Assembly: GCA_021734595.1 (NCBI GenBank)
Contig: JAIPIO010000001.1
Span: forward strand, 1-60,726
Reading direction: 5' to 3'
DNA length: 60,726 nt
DNA from: Kiritimatiellales bacterium
Lineage (GTDB): Bacteria; Verrucomicrobiota; Kiritimatiellia; Kiritimatiellales; Pontiellaceae
This document shows positions 17,724 to 28,218 of this stretch, piece after piece. Position numbers and translations under genes: made by a program. How positions within the stretch are numbered: position 1 is the first letter of the stretch; each line of letters opens with the position of its first letter. The notes under the pieces are model-generated. The model saw only the letters and a program-made list of their open reading frames with translations, searched no databases and had not been told where the DNA came from.

Positions 17724-19010
17724 TTAGAAGGCGAAACCCGCCGACAGCGAAACCAGATGCGTGACGGTTTCATATTCACCGGCCAGCGAGGGAAGTTTAG
17801 CAACCACTTCACTGCCCGTGTCGGCTTTCTTTGCCCACAGGTAGGAGTAGGCCAGATCAATGCCTACACCTTTCCATTTACAACCCAAACCGGCCATGAC
17901 CATCTGCCGGTCGGAATCAGGCAGCTCAGGTGAACGGGTATCGCCGTTCATCGGCGACTCATCCCACACATAACCGCAGCGCAGCGCCAGGTTGTCCGTC
18001 AGTTGGTAGTCGGCTCCGACGCGGATGCTCCATACGTTCTTCCAACGCTTGGATACCCTATCGTTTGTCCCTCCCGCCGGAGTGCCGTCCGCCGGGGTGC
18101 CGGTGCCGGTAATCAACGGCGGTACCGCGCTGTCAAACTGTGGATTCATTTCGTCATAGGTGCTCCATTCCGTCCAAACAAAATCGAGGCCCAGAGAAAG
18201 TTTGTTGATGGAAGTGTTGGCGACACCGAGATTGACCGTGGCCGGGAGCTCCAGATCCGCTTTCGTATCGGTTTTCATGATTCCATCATAGGTCACATCC
18301 CCTTCCAAGGTCATATCGACACGGGACTGGAACCGCCCACCGACCGCCCAGCCGTCCAGCACATCGCAATGGACGGAAGCGGTATATCCGTAGCCAATAT
18401 CGTCGCCCTCAATTTCGCGCTTCGTGAAATCACCGTATGCACCCGTAACGCCGTTGACGGAACCTGGTTTGACGCTGCGGAGATTGGCCTCGGCACTTAC
18501 CACATTCATGCCTGCCGACACCGAAAACCTCTCATGAACCGCCCACGCAACCGAAGGGGTGACATACATGGTGGAGAGATCGGTACGTGTAGCGGCCAGG
18601 CTCCCAGCCGTCCATCCGTCCGGCCATTCGGTAATCAACCCGTAGGGTGCATTGATCGCAAGCGTTCCGGTCAATCGATCACTCAGCGGCTGCACATAGT
18701 ACAGGTGCGGAATATTGCGCCAATGATCTTCCATTTCTGAATCAAGTGCCGAGGAGAGGGCGCTGTTGAATTCGGTATCAATCAGGGCAAAGGTATTTCC
18801 CACCATGATCTGCGCACGGTCGGTTCCAGCCAATCCCGATGGATTGTACCATGCGAGTGAGGTCAGATTAGTGCGACCGCTGATGGCCCCCGCCTGTCCC
18901 AGAGCCTCTGCGGACCCTTCCGTGTACAACTGGAACCCCGCCCCGAAAACCGATGCGCCGGCAATTAACAGGCACACCACCGCTGTCATTAATACTTTTC
19001 TTTTTCTCAT
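17724..19010 (-). CDS. fadL: Outer-membrane long-chain fatty acid/hydrophobic compound channel (FadL/OMPP1/TodX family)
   Basis: Signal peptide followed by GAGFQLYTEGSAEALGQAGA. Beta-barrel-like alternating pattern. C-terminal aromatic residue (..SAGFAF). Confidence 0.8.
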   Translation of the reverse strand: MRKRKVLMTAVVCLLIAGASVFGAGFQLYTEGSAEALGQAGAISGRTNLTSLAWYNPSGLAGTDRAQIMVGNTFALIDTEFNSALSSALDSEMEDHWRNIPHLYYVQPLSDRLTGTLAINAPYGLITEWPDGWTAGSLAATRTDLSTMYVTPSVAWAVHERFSVSAGMNVVSAEANLRSVKPGSVNGVTGAYGDFTKREIEGDDIGYGYTASVHCDVLDGWAVGGRFQSRVDMTLEGDVTYDGIMKTDTKADLELPATVNLGVANTSINKLSLGLDFVWTEWSTYDEMNPQFDSAVPPLITGTGTPADGTPAGGTNDRVSKRWKNVWSIRVGADYQLTDNLALRCGYVWDESPMNGDTRSPELPDSDRQMVMAGLGCKWKGVGIDLAYSYLWAKKADTGSEVVAKLPSLAGEYETVTHLVSLSAGFAF

Positions 19011-19077
19011 CTATCAGCACCCTTCCCTTTCTGTTTATGTTCATATCCGCATCGCTCCCCGGCAATGCAGACGTTTC

Positions 19078-20811
19078 CTACATCGCCGAGGTATCAATCG
19101 CATAAAGATAGCGTTTGATCTTAGCCGTTGTGGTCTTCTCCAACTCTTCGAAACGGATCTGGATGCAGCGTGGTCGCTTATACTCTGATATTTCCCGCGA
19201 CAACCGCTTGATCTCCGCCCGCACGAAGTCTTCTATTTCCTTCTCTGAAAACCGTTTGTTTTCCTCATTCTCCAGGGCATCAAAAGCCTCCTGGTCCGGC
19301 ACGGCAATCAATCCTACCCGTTCCCCCGTCGTTTCACCGGGTTCGCGGTAGCCCAATGACAGGCATTCCAGAATATAGGGGCTCTTGGTCATCTGCTGCT
19401 CCACCTCTTCCGGATAGATGTTCTTGCCTTCCCGGTTGACAATCAGGCTTTTTTTCCGACCGTTGATGACCAGATAGCCGGCCTCGTCAAAATATCCGAT
19501 ATCGCCTGAATAAAACCATCCATCCTCGAGGCATTCCGCCGTGGCCTCCGGATTGTTATAATATCCCTGCATCACATTCGGCCCTTTGGCGGCAATTTCG
19601 CCGACACCATTAACATCCGCGTTGATGATTTTAATCTCCACATCCGGCAGGGCGAGACCGACCGTGCCGATGCGTGGCTTATCTGGTGGATTCAGCGAAA
19701 GCACCGGACCGGTTTCCGTGATGCCGTATCCTTCCACAATACTGAACCCCAGTTTATTCCATGCCCGCAGGGTATCTGGATCGATCGGAGCGCCACCCGA
19801 CACAATCAGGCGCAGCGATCCGCCCAGCTCCCGGTGGATTTTTTTACCGATCACGCGGGCCAACCCCACCTTGTACAGTACATGCGCGGCCTTTTTCTTG
19901 CGGACATTCTCCATGATGCGGGCCAGCATTTTTTCGAGCAGTAGCGGCACCGCCAGCAGCACGGTCGGTGAAGTGTCCTGCATGTTGGCTTTTATGGTCT
20001 TTAGATTCTCCACCATGCTGATTTCGCACTGCACAAATATCGGAAGCAGCATCGCGGTGGTAAACGCAAAGGAATGGTGCAACGGCAGCACCAGCAGAAA
20101 ATTATCCGTCTGGTGGATATCGATCGCCTTCTGGCAACTCGCAACATTGGATGCAAAGTTGCCGTGCGTTAAAACAGCGCCTTTCTGCCGCCCGGTCGTG
20201 CCAGAGGTGTAAATGAAAGGGGCGGGATCGTCCGGCCCGGGATCATGGCGGCGATACGCTCCCGCCACCGACAACGCCAAGGTGGATACCTGCGTCAACA
20301 TTTCCCCCTATGCGGCATATTGAATTTTCCCGGACTCCGGAAGCGTTTGGGGCAACGCGTCCAGCAGCACCGCCGCCCGCAAATCCGGAAGCATGGTTTT
20401 AAGTTCTTCCAGAACCTCCGCGTTTCTGGCGGACGTAAACACGACGGACACACCGCAGTCGTGGAATATGTGGCCCACCTCCTGTTCCCGCAGTTTTACA
20501 TCCACCGGCACAGCGATCGCTCCCAAAGCCACGATACCAAAATAGATTTCTAGCCACTCCGGGGAGTTTTCCCGGTACAGCGCCACGCGGTCGCCCGGTT
20601 CAACCCCCAGCGTTGCACAGATCTCCGACACGTGCCATGCCCGCTCCCTCAGCTCCTTGTAGGTATAGGTGCACCATACCGCGTTTTTCTTAAAGCGCAA
20701 AACGGTCCGGTCGGCACTTTCGACTGCCGCGCGGTTCAATATGTCCTTGATCGTCAATGAGACCACCCCCCCAGCTTCAAACATTTTCGCAAAATATTTG
20801 TTAGTATGCAA
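19078..20811 (-). pseudogene. fadD: Long-chain-fatty-acid-CoA ligase (AMP-dependent synthetase) interrupted by one in-frame TAG
   Basis: ORFs 20308..20811 (N-terminal 167 aa) and 19078..20301 (YTSGTTGRQKG AMP-binding motif) are in the same frame. They are separated only by TAG (20308-20310) plus two codons: ..IQYAA*GEMLTQV.. The combined length of about 576 aa is typical for the family. Confidence 0.8.
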
Positions 20812-20998
20812 ACTATTTCAAACACACCTGACTGCGTTTCCGCGGCTACCGAGCATCAAATCGTTCGCGCGGGCTATTCAAAAGAAGGCCCGAAAACCGC
20901 AGGACGGCATCAACCGACTGGTTCTTCAGCGCGAAAAAGACGGAACCACAAAGCGCCTCATCACCACCTGGTTGCCCGATCCTGCATAATCATCCTGT

Positions 20999-21076
20999 TT
21001 CCAATCCCTGGAAAAGAGAAAGGCCGGAACTTCCAATCCCTGGAAATTCCGGCCGTGCTTATTCCAACCGTTGGAA
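20999..21076. repeat. Three phased TTCCA-N5-TGGAA palindromes
   Basis: Starts at 20999, 21031 and 21062 (32 and 31 bp apart), between the Gfo/Idh/MocA stop and the fadD start. Confidence 0.85.
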
Positions 21077-21079
21077 CGC

Positions 21080-22504
21080 TTAGAGCGAATAGCCCTTGCG
21101 GTACTCGTGGTTAACGTACCGGTTGGCGACATCGTTGTTCGTCGTCATTTTCTTGCTGTTCCACTTCAGCTTGGTGCCGGAACCGCAGCGCGCGGCCACA
21201 CAACCCAGCAACATGATTTCGGTAAGCGGACCGGAATAATCGAAGTTGGACATCGCCATCGAAGGATCATTCGCCTTAACGGCTGCCAGCCACTCGTCAT
21301 AGTGCTTATCCTGGCCACCGGCACGCTTGATGGTCTTCGGCGGCAGCTTACCGCTGCGAGCCACTTCCTGCATATCCGCTTCCGGGAAGATCCGTATGGA
21401 TTGCCCATAAATGGTCTGCATCATGTTGTATTTGCTGCCGTAATAGAAGATGCCGCCGCCTTTATCCAATTTGGCATCCTTCAGTGCATCGGGAATCGGC
21501 GGCCTGTTCTGTCCATCGAACCACTTCAGCGTAACCGGCGGAAGCTTCCCTCGCGCACCGAACGTATAGGTTACAATGGTCGAGACCGGGAAGGTGTCGG
21601 CGGCACTGGCCGGGTTTTCCCGCTCAAATTCAACCTCAACGCTCTCGGGCGCACCGAGTCCCAGCGCCCACACCGGCTGGTCCATGATATGCGCCGCCAT
21701 GTCGCCCAATGCGCCGCAGCCGTAATCCCAGTAGCCACGCCATTTGAAAGGAGCAATCTGGCTGCTGTAGGGCTTTTTCGGGGCCGGGCCGAGCCACAGA
21801 TCCCAATCCATGGTGGAAGGCACGGGTTCCGCCGGCGGTCGAACGATGCCCTGCGGCCAGATCGGCCGGTTGGTATAGCAATGCACTTCGCGGACTTCAC
21901 CAAGTACGCCAGCCTGAATCCATTCCACACCCATGCGGGTGCCATCATTGGAGTGGCCCTGGTTGCCCATTTGGGTAACCACACCGTACTTCTTCGCAGC
22001 GGCAGTAATGATGCGAGCCTCGGAAATCGTGCGGGTCAGCGGCTTTTGGCAATACACGCCCAATCCGCGCTGCATGGCCGCCATGGTGGCCACGGCATGG
22101 CTGTGGTCGGGTATCGAGACAACAACGGCATCAAGGTTTTTGTATTCCTTGTCGAGCATCACCCGCCAGTCGCGGTAGAGCTTGGCTTCGGGACAGCCTT
22201 TGATGGTCGGCGCGGCGCGGTCCAGATCGACATCGCACAGCGCGACTATGTTGTGGGCGGAACATCCTTTTATATCCGACGAGCCTTTGCCGCCGGCACC
22301 GATAAAGGCAATATTGAGCCGTTCGTTCGGTGGAAGCTTCTCTATCTGCGAAAACGTTTTCGGTTTTTTTGTTTTCGGCTTCTTTGTACCTTTTTTCTTG
22401 TCGCCCTTGGCGGCAAAACTGCCCGAAGGTAAAATATTGAATGCTGTTACAGCTGCGCCAGCAGCCAAAACACTTCGGCGGGATGGTTTTCCTGCTTTAC
22501 TCAT
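21080..22504 (-). CDS. Gfo/Idh/MocA family oxidoreductase with twin-arginine signal
   Basis: SRRSVLAAGAAV Tat-like N-terminus, Lys-rich linker, Rossmann motif NIAFIGAGGKGSSD. Confidence 0.88.
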   Translation of the reverse strand: MSKAGKPSRRSVLAAGAAVTAFNILPSGSFAAKGDKKKGTKKPKTKKPKTFSQIEKLPPNERLNIAFIGAGGKGSSDIKGCSAHNIVALCDVDLDRAAPTIKGCPEAKLYRDWRVMLDKEYKNLDAVVVSIPDHSHAVATMAAMQRGLGVYCQKPLTRTISEARIITAAAKKYGVVTQMGNQGHSNDGTRMGVEWIQAGVLGEVREVHCYTNRPIWPQGIVRPPAEPVPSTMDWDLWLGPAPKKPYSSQIAPFKWRGYWDYGCGALGDMAAHIMDQPVWALGLGAPESVEVEFERENPASAADTFPVSTIVTYTFGARGKLPPVTLKWFDGQNRPPIPDALKDAKLDKGGGIFYYGSKYNMMQTIYGQSIRIFPEADMQEVARSGKLPPKTIKRAGGQDKHYDEWLAAVKANDPSMAMSNFDYSGPLTEIMLLGCVAARCGSGTKLKWNSKKMTTNNDVANRYVNHEYRKGYSL

Positions 22505-22600
22505 AGTCTCTCTCCTTAATTAACCCAATGAAATACGTTACACAAACAGACGACGCTCAGGCAAAGAATAAGACAGAAAAATCTCTCTCTTTTCACCCCG

Positions 22601-25135
22601 CTAGCGCCACTCATGTTTGGGATAGCGCCCTTTTAGCTCCTTTTTCAGCAATGGATAGGTCTCCCGCCAGAAGCTCTGCATATCCTGCGTCTTTTGCTGC
22701 GGGCGCTGGTTCGGGGCCAGCGCCTCAACCACAACCGGAATCCGGCCGAATCCAATGGTTGGACTTTTTTCGAGGCCATAGAGTTTTTGGATCGTTGCCG
22801 ATACCACCGGCGGCTGCCCCGCTTCGTAGCGGACGCGGGCATTGATCCCGCTCGGAAGCTTGATCCGCTCCGGGGCCTGCTTTTCAACGATTTCGAGTTG
22901 CGCAGGTGTCAGCCACGACTTGACCACCTTCCAAACCGAGCGATCCTTCAGGTCTCTGCGGCAGACCGCGCCAAGGCAGATCTCCTGCACCATCGCCTGC
23001 CGCGCCTCCTCATCGATAGCCGGGATCCCGTAGTCCGGGCAGCCCGCCGCCAGGCAATTGACACGCGCAATCCACTTTTCCACCTGATCGTCCCACTTCG
23101 AAAGTTCCAGCCGCCCAGCCAGCACCTCGTCGGCTATGATTTCCGCCGCCTGCTGCGGATCGACTTCATGCACCAACCGGGAATGTAGCTCCAATCCCCG
23201 GAACGCTTTCCAATGCCTGGAAACCACACGCTTCAGTACCGGATCGAAAACCGCCTCGCACCTCTCCTCCATGTCCTCGGGAAACAGCTCGTCGAGCCAG
23301 CCCTCGGAAACAGCCGTGCAGAGGTTGAGCCGTACGTTCAGGTTGCGGCTACCTTCAATCTCGGCGATTTCGGCGGCGACAATCAGCGCGCTGTCGCGCA
23401 CCACGCTGTCACGGTCGAGATCGCCCGCACGGTTATGCACCACTTCGCAGTGCAGCGTGCCGCCGTCGCGGCGCCTGGCCACGTGGTCGGAAAAGGCGAG
23501 CAGAATGCATTTCTGCAGCTGCTCGTCGCATGGCGCGTGGTTGTTGATCTTCAGTCCCTCCTGTTCCGCAATTTTCAGGAAGCGTTCATAGAGCGGCTTC
23601 ACCTGCCGCGCCGCGCCGGCGTGAACGCCAAGCTTGCGGCAGGTATCGGCATGGTAGTTGTTCCTGTCGGCAAAAAGCCACGCACGCATCAGCCGCTTGA
23701 AGTCAGAAACATCATCCTCGCCCAGCACATCGTTCCGGTTACCGCGCGTTTCCTTGCCGGAGTTGCGTTCCAGGATGCCGCGCCCCTGCGTCAACGCGGC
23801 GATCAAGCACGCCTGCCGAACGCAGTGGTATTGCTCGCCCGCCAGCAGCATGCGCGCATAGCGCGGATGCATCGGAAACTGCACCATCTTCTTTCCGATG
23901 GCGGCAAGCTTGCCGGCATGGTCGATGGCTCCCAGGTCCGTGAGCAGCATCAGTGTCTGCTCAAGCGACTTGGCATTCGGCTTTTCCAACCAGTGGAAGT
24001 TTTCAATATCGTCAATGCCGCCCGCCTTGAGCGTCAGCACCACCTCCGCCAGATCGTGCCGCAGAATTTCGGGAAGCTCCTGCATGGGGCGGGCCACGTG
24101 TTCCTGCTCCGTCCAGAGACGGTGGCAGATGCCCGGCGCGATACGCCCGGCGCGCCCCGTCCGCTGATCGGCCGACGCGCGGCTGATGCGTTCGACCAGC
24201 AGGGTATCGATGCCGCGGTTCGGGTCGTAGCACGCGATACGGGCCAGCCCGCTGTCGATCACCATGCGGATGCCGTCAATGGTGATCGAGGTTTCCGCCA
24301 CATTGGTGGCCACCACGACTTTCCGTTGGTTGCACTCCCCCACGGCGGCATCCTGATCGCGGGCGGAGAGCTCGCCGTGCAACGGCATCACGGCAAAGGT
24401 GCGGGCGCATTTCCGGGCGCGGATCGCCTCGACCGTGCGGGAAATCTCGTAACCGCCGGGCATGAAGACCAGCACATCGCCCTCCGAGCCGGATTCAATG
24501 GCACTTTCAAAGGCATCGGCGGCGGCCTCCCAAACAGGATGGTGGCGAAAATCAATCCGTTTTGGAGCATAAGAGATCTCCACCGGAAACATCCGGCCTT
24601 CGCTCTTCAGCTCTTTGCAGGGCGCGAGGTATTCACGCAACGGCCCGGCGTCGAGCGTCGCCGACATCACAATGATCTTCAAATCCGGACGCGTCTGCTG
24701 CAATCGCAACGCGCGGGCGAGCGTGATGTCGCCATAGATGTGCCGCTCGTGGAACTCGTCAAAGATAATGGTCGAAACACCGCGCAGCTCGGGGTCGGAA
24801 AGGAACTGGCGCAACAGGATGCCTTCGGTCACATAGCGGATCTGCGTCTTTCCGGAAACATGGCTTTCAAAACGCACCTGATAGCCCACTTCATCACCCA
24901 GCCTGCCGCCGCGCTCAAATGCCACGCGCCGGGCCAGCAGTCGCGCCGCCAGCCGGCGCGGCTGAAGCACAACGATTTCGCCCGGACCTACCGCGCCACA
25001 ATCCAGTACCATCTGCGGCACCTGGGTCGATTTTCCCGAACCAGTCGGCGCCTCGATAATCAACCGAGCTTCCGATGCGAGTGCCTGCGCGAGCCCATCG
25101 CGCAGTTCATAGATTGGCAGTTCCCGGGGATTCAT
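22601..25135 (-). CDS. hrpB: ATP-dependent RNA helicase HrpB (DEAH-box)
   Basis: Walker A APTGSGKST, motif II IFDEFHERH, HA2/OB and HrpB C-terminal region. ATG 25135 is preferred over GTG 25156. Confidence 0.92.
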   Translation of the reverse strand: MNPRELPIYELRDGLAQALASEARLIIEAPTGSGKSTQVPQMVLDCGAVGPGEIVVLQPRRLAARLLARRVAFERGGRLGDEVGYQVRFESHVSGKTQIRYVTEGILLRQFLSDPELRGVSTIIFDEFHERHIYGDITLARALRLQQTRPDLKIIVMSATLDAGPLREYLAPCKELKSEGRMFPVEISYAPKRIDFRHHPVWEAAADAFESAIESGSEGDVLVFMPGGYEISRTVEAIRARKCARTFAVMPLHGELSARDQDAAVGECNQRKVVVATNVAETSITIDGIRMVIDSGLARIACYDPNRGIDTLLVERISRASADQRTGRAGRIAPGICHRLWTEQEHVARPMQELPEILRHDLAEVVLTLKAGGIDDIENFHWLEKPNAKSLEQTLMLLTDLGAIDHAGKLAAIGKKMVQFPMHPRYARMLLAGEQYHCVRQACLIAALTQGRGILERNSGKETRGNRNDVLGEDDVSDFKRLMRAWLFADRNNYHADTCRKLGVHAGAARQVKPLYERFLKIAEQEGLKINNHAPCDEQLQKCILLAFSDHVARRRDGGTLHCEVVHNRAGDLDRDSVVRDSALIVAAEIAEIEGSRNLNVRLNLCTAVSEGWLDELFPEDMEERCEAVFDPVLKRVVSRHWKAFRGLELHSRLVHEVDPQQAAEIIADEVLAGRLELSKWDDQVEKWIARVNCLAAGCPDYGIPAIDEEARQAMVQEICLGAVCRRDLKDRSVWKVVKSWLTPAQLEIVEKQAPERIKLPSGINARVRYEAGQPPVVSATIQKLYGLEKSPTIGFGRIPVVVEALAPNQRPQQKTQDMQSFWRETYPLLKKELKGRYPKHEWR

Positions 25136-25157
25136 AGGTGCACCGTTATAGCGCACT

Positions 25158-25204
25158 TTCCCAATGGTTGGAAAAACGATCTGTATTTTTTCCAGCCGTT
25201 GGAA
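25158..25204. repeat. Two phased TTCCA-N5-TGGAA palindromes upstream of hrpB
   Basis: TTCcCAATGGTTGGAA at 25158 (one extra C) and TTCCAgccgtTGGAA at 25190. Confidence 0.8.
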
Positions 25205-25210
25205 GCCGGA

Positions 25211-26137
25211 TCAGCCCTTGCGTTCCAGCACCCGGATCACGTTTTTGCCGGGATCAAGCATGTAGACCCTGGATCCGTCCTTGCTTACGTCAACCGTTAC
25301 ACGGACGCAGCCGCGGATGCCTTCAACCATCCCTACCCGCCCGAGAAACGTGCCGTCGGGACTGAAGCGATGGATGCTGGGCTGGTCGGATTCGGACACA
25401 TACAGGCTCCCGTCGGCACCAAAACAGACATTCTTCGGCTCGCAGCAGCCCACAAAGTAATCGTCTTTGCCCCGGCCTTTCTTGCCGAACTTGCCGATCA
25501 TTTTTCCGTCCCGGTCAAACTTGCGCACTTCAAAGCGGCAGTTGGCGGCGACATAGATGGTTCCGTCCTTCGCCGTCAGATCCATCTGTCCGCAGCAGCC
25601 GCGCAACCCGGTAATGATCGGCTTAGCCGCTTTCAGGTCCTTGTCCAGCCGATATGCGGTGTAGCCGGTGTTGGCGCGCGCGCAGACAAAGATGTCGTCG
25701 CCGGACCACGCCACGGCGGTTGAGGCATAATTCTTCTTGTTTTGCAGGCTTTTGGGCAGCTGCCAGCGGGACCGGGACGCTTCCTCTTTCAGGCCGCCCG
25801 ATGCAATCGTCTTTCCCTGTTTGTCAAGCAGGGCCACAATATCCGGGCCGGCAACGATTGTCACCCCGTCGTCGCGCTGCTCAATCGCCTGCGGCGCAAA
25901 GTCCAGTTTCCAGAGCGCCAGCAGCTTGTTATCCGGCGATATCACGCGGATGCACGAAGATTTTTCGTCGCAGGCCAGAATATTGCCATCCAAATCGAGA
26001 CAGAAACTGCTCAACCGCACGGCCTGGGTCTCCTTTGTATCGCCCAATATGCCATTCTGGACATGCGAGCTTTCAAGCGCACCCTTCGCAAACGATGCTA
26101 CCGTACCAACCAATATAATCAGCCATATTTTTTTCAT
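25211..26137 (-). CDS. Exported NHL-repeat / six-bladed beta-propeller protein
   Basis: Signal MKKIWLIILVGTVASFA. Repeated ..G.IYVA/..GSLYVS.. blade motifs. Start taken at ATG 26137. Confidence 0.7.
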   Translation of the reverse strand: MKKIWLIILVGTVASFAKGALESSHVQNGILGDTKETQAVRLSSFCLDLDGNILACDEKSSCIRVISPDNKLLALWKLDFAPQAIEQRDDGVTIVAGPDIVALLDKQGKTIASGGLKEEASRSRWQLPKSLQNKKNYASTAVAWSGDDIFVCARANTGYTAYRLDKDLKAAKPIITGLRGCCGQMDLTAKDGTIYVAANCRFEVRKFDRDGKMIGKFGKKGRGKDDYFVGCCEPKNVCFGADGSLYVSESDQPSIHRFSPDGTFLGRVGMVEGIRGCVRVTVDVSKDGSRVYMLDPGKNVIRVLERKG

Positions 26138-26268
26138 AGTGTGTCCAGCCCCAACGGGTTCCATAAATTATCCGATACGTATACCACCTCAGATTCCGGC
26201 CTGTCGATTACAAACCGGACTTGTCTCGGCGGTGCTCTTTCTCCACTATAGACGGAAGGAGGACGATT

Positions 26269-26577
26269 ATGTTGATTGTTCATGTGCACATTCATGTAAA
26301 ACCGGAATGCGTTGGAGACTTTAAAGCCGCCTGCATTGAGAATGCCCAAAAGAGCATTCAGGAACCGGGGATCGCGCGGTTCGATTTAATTGAACGGCAG
26401 GACGACCCCAACCGTTTCATGCTGGTTGAAATCTACCGCACCCCCGAAGACGCCCTGAAGCACAAGGAAACCGCCCACTACGCCAAGTGGCGCGACACCG
26501 TCGCCGACATGATGGCCGAACCGCGCCAGGGAATCAAATACACGAATATCCATCCCGGCGAAGAGGGTTGGGATTAA
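26269..26577 (+). CDS. Antibiotic-biosynthesis-monooxygenase (ABM) domain protein
   Basis: [13 protein letters not shown]...[19 protein letters not shown]...HKETAHY is a typical ABM ferredoxin-like fold. GGAGG lies 7 nt upstream. Confidence 0.85.
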   Translation: MLIVHVHIHVKPECVGDFKAACIENAQKSIQEPGIARFDLIERQDDPNRFMLVEIYRTPEDALKHKETAHYAKWRDTVADMMAEPRQGIKYTNIHPGEEGWD

Positions 26578-26580
26578 CAT

Positions 26581-26616
26581 TTCCAATGATTGGAAATCTT
26601 CTTCCAATGTCTGGAG
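26581..26616. repeat. Two phased TTCCA-N5-TGGAr palindromes between convergent genes
   Basis: Starts at 26581 and 26602 (21 bp apart). A further perfect copy at 26696-26710 lies in the 3' end of the next CDS. Confidence 0.85.
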
Positions 26617-26624
26617 ATCAGGTC

Positions 26625-28205
26625 TCAGCGCACTACTTCAACCATGTGCAGCAGCAGAGGCGACTTCCCGGCGGATAGGGTGATTTTTGGACTTTTTCCA
26701 ACCATTGGAAACTCCGCCGTCTGCCAGCGTTTGCTTCCGCCCATCTTGACGGCAGACTCCTTTGTTCCAGCGTCGAGCTGGAATGCGCCATTTCCGTCGT
26801 CATAGAAGGTGACCCGGATTTTCGCGCCACCCTTGAGGCTGGCGGCAAAATTCCTGTTGAGTGCCAGCTTGATTTCCTTGCCGGCGGGCAGCTTGCGCGC
26901 CCACGCGCCGAAGCGCTGGCCGTCGGGGCCGATGTTGGTGATCCCCTGCCCGACCGACCGGTCGCCCGGCAGGCGTTCCATCAGGAAGGTGTAGTCGGTG
27001 TTGAAAAATTTCAACTTTCGGCGCTCCGCCGAAACTCCGTTGGCAGCCAGGACGGTATCGTTTTCGCGAAAGGCGATCCATGCGCCGGGCGAGTCTTCCG
27101 GCGAAGCGTGATAGCCGGCATACGTTGCGGCAAACTCCAGCGCCTGGGTAAACTCCTCCTGATACGTTCCATCCTTCCCGTCGGAATAATTCACCCCGGT
27201 GCTGCGGTAGGTTCCGTCCATCGCGACCTGCACATTGTTGGCATAGACAGCTATGAAAGAAACCCCGCAGTGCAGGTCGTTGAGCAGCCGCCAATACATC
27301 CATTGCGGCGGAGTGCACCAGCGGTCGTCGGTCTTGCCGCCGTGGTGGCCCCAGGCCGAGGCCCACGGTTCGGCATAGGCGGTGGTCATGCCGCTGCGGC
27401 AATCGTCAAAGAAGCGACGGTACTTTTCTTCGGCAAACGAGGCACGCGGTTCGGCCTCGCTTGAGGTGTGGAACCAGCTCAGCGTACCATCCTCGAACAT
27501 CGACCGGTACGGTCCGATGACCTCCTCCTTCACCCCGTTTCGAACAAATACGCGTATCTTGCCTTTGAAGTTGGAGACGTAGGTGTCGACCACACTGCGC
27601 AGATATTCCTCCACCACTTTTTTGTCGTATCGAGTAACAGTCTTATGATCCACGCCTTTGGGAACAATCCATTTGCCGACCGACATATCCGGATTGCCCT
27701 TTGCCGTGTGATGCTCCGTGCCAAATGGGTTGAAGTTAAGCCGAATGCCCAGAACACTGTCTTGGTAGTCCGACTTATCCAAATGCGCCGCCAACGCCTT
27801 GATCACATTCAGGTAGGCGTCGCGATGCACCGGATGCCAGAACATCAGGCTGCCCTTATCATCGCCGATCTGATGGGAAAGTTTCTCCGGGTGGTACGGA
27901 ACCTTGTCGAACAGCCACAACGGCTTTTTGTTCCCGTTTATCTGTAGCGTCGCCTTCTGCCCACGCTTGTTGAACCACTCCATGCTCCGGTCGATGTCCG
28001 AAAAATCATATTTGCCTTGGGACGGCTCAACATCGCGCCACTGCACCACCGTCTGCCCGCCGGTGATATATGGAAGCGAATAAACCCTATCCGTATCCCT
28101 CGAGTTCACCCAAATGGCGTACAGCCCGGCGTTTTGAACCCGTTCAGCGAACACCATGCCGGCCAATAAAACACAGCCAACCAGTACAATATATGATCTT
28201 TTCAA
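26625..28205 (-). CDS. Exported TIM-barrel glycoside-hydrolase-like protein (clan GH-A/GH42-like opening)
   Basis: TTG start 28205, 6 nt after AAGGAGG. Signal LKRSYIVLVGCVLLAGMVFA. VVQWRDVEPSQGKYDFSDID resembles the GH-A strand-1 region. The function call is weak. Confidence 0.6.
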   Translation of the reverse strand: MKRSYIVLVGCVLLAGMVFAERVQNAGLYAIWVNSRDTDRVYSLPYITGGQTVVQWRDVEPSQGKYDFSDIDRSMEWFNKRGQKATLQINGNKKPLWLFDKVPYHPEKLSHQIGDDKGSLMFWHPVHRDAYLNVIKALAAHLDKSDYQDSVLGIRLNFNPFGTEHHTAKGNPDMSVGKWIVPKGVDHKTVTRYDKKVVEEYLRSVVDTYVSNFKGKIRVFVRNGVKEEVIGPYRSMFEDGTLSWFHTSSEAEPRASFAEEKYRRFFDDCRSGMTTAYAEPWASAWGHHGGKTDDRWCTPPQWMYWRLLNDLHCGVSFIAVYANNVQVAMDGTYRSTGVNYSDGKDGTYQEEFTQALEFAATYAGYHASPEDSPGAWIAFRENDTVLAANGVSAERRKLKFFNTDYTFLMERLPGDRSVGQGITNIGPDGQRFGAWARKLPAGKEIKLALNRNFAASLKGGAKIRVTFYDDGNGAFQLDAGTKESAVKMGGSKRWQTAEFPMVGKSPKITLSAGKSPLLLHMVEVVR

Positions 28206-28218
28206 CGAATGCCTCCTT

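Noticed and set aside
20308-20310. TAG in fadD as a pyrrolysine codon
   Set aside because: No pylS/pylT/pylBCD-like genes are visible in the window, and the context gives no support. A nonsense mutation or base error is the simpler explanation. This cannot be excluded without the whole genome.
20926-21132. Short ORFs containing FQxLE peptides (for example 20926..21132, 26386..26607, 43021..43299, 43139..43342, 60333..60599) and the N-terminal extensions of 28219..31518, 26625..28304, 34028..35356 and 35372..36991
   Set aside because: These are translations of the TTCCAnnnnnTGGAA palindrome arrays (TTC CAG nnn CTG GAA reads as F-Q-x-L-E). Better-supported start codons with ribosome-binding sites and signal peptides lie downstream.
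23213-25723. Very long plus-strand ORF (836 aa) and similar long ORFs at 21071..22432, 47997..49106, 5145..6197, 34163..35317, 35996..37081, 9017..9973 and 13347..14366
   Set aside because: All lie antisense to confidently recognised genes (hrpB, the Gfo/Idh/MocA gene, pgm, secA, serS, GH30, ftsH, the permease). Their products are low-complexity, Arg/Gly/Ala-rich and carry no motifs. This is the typical open antisense frame of GC-rich coding DNA.
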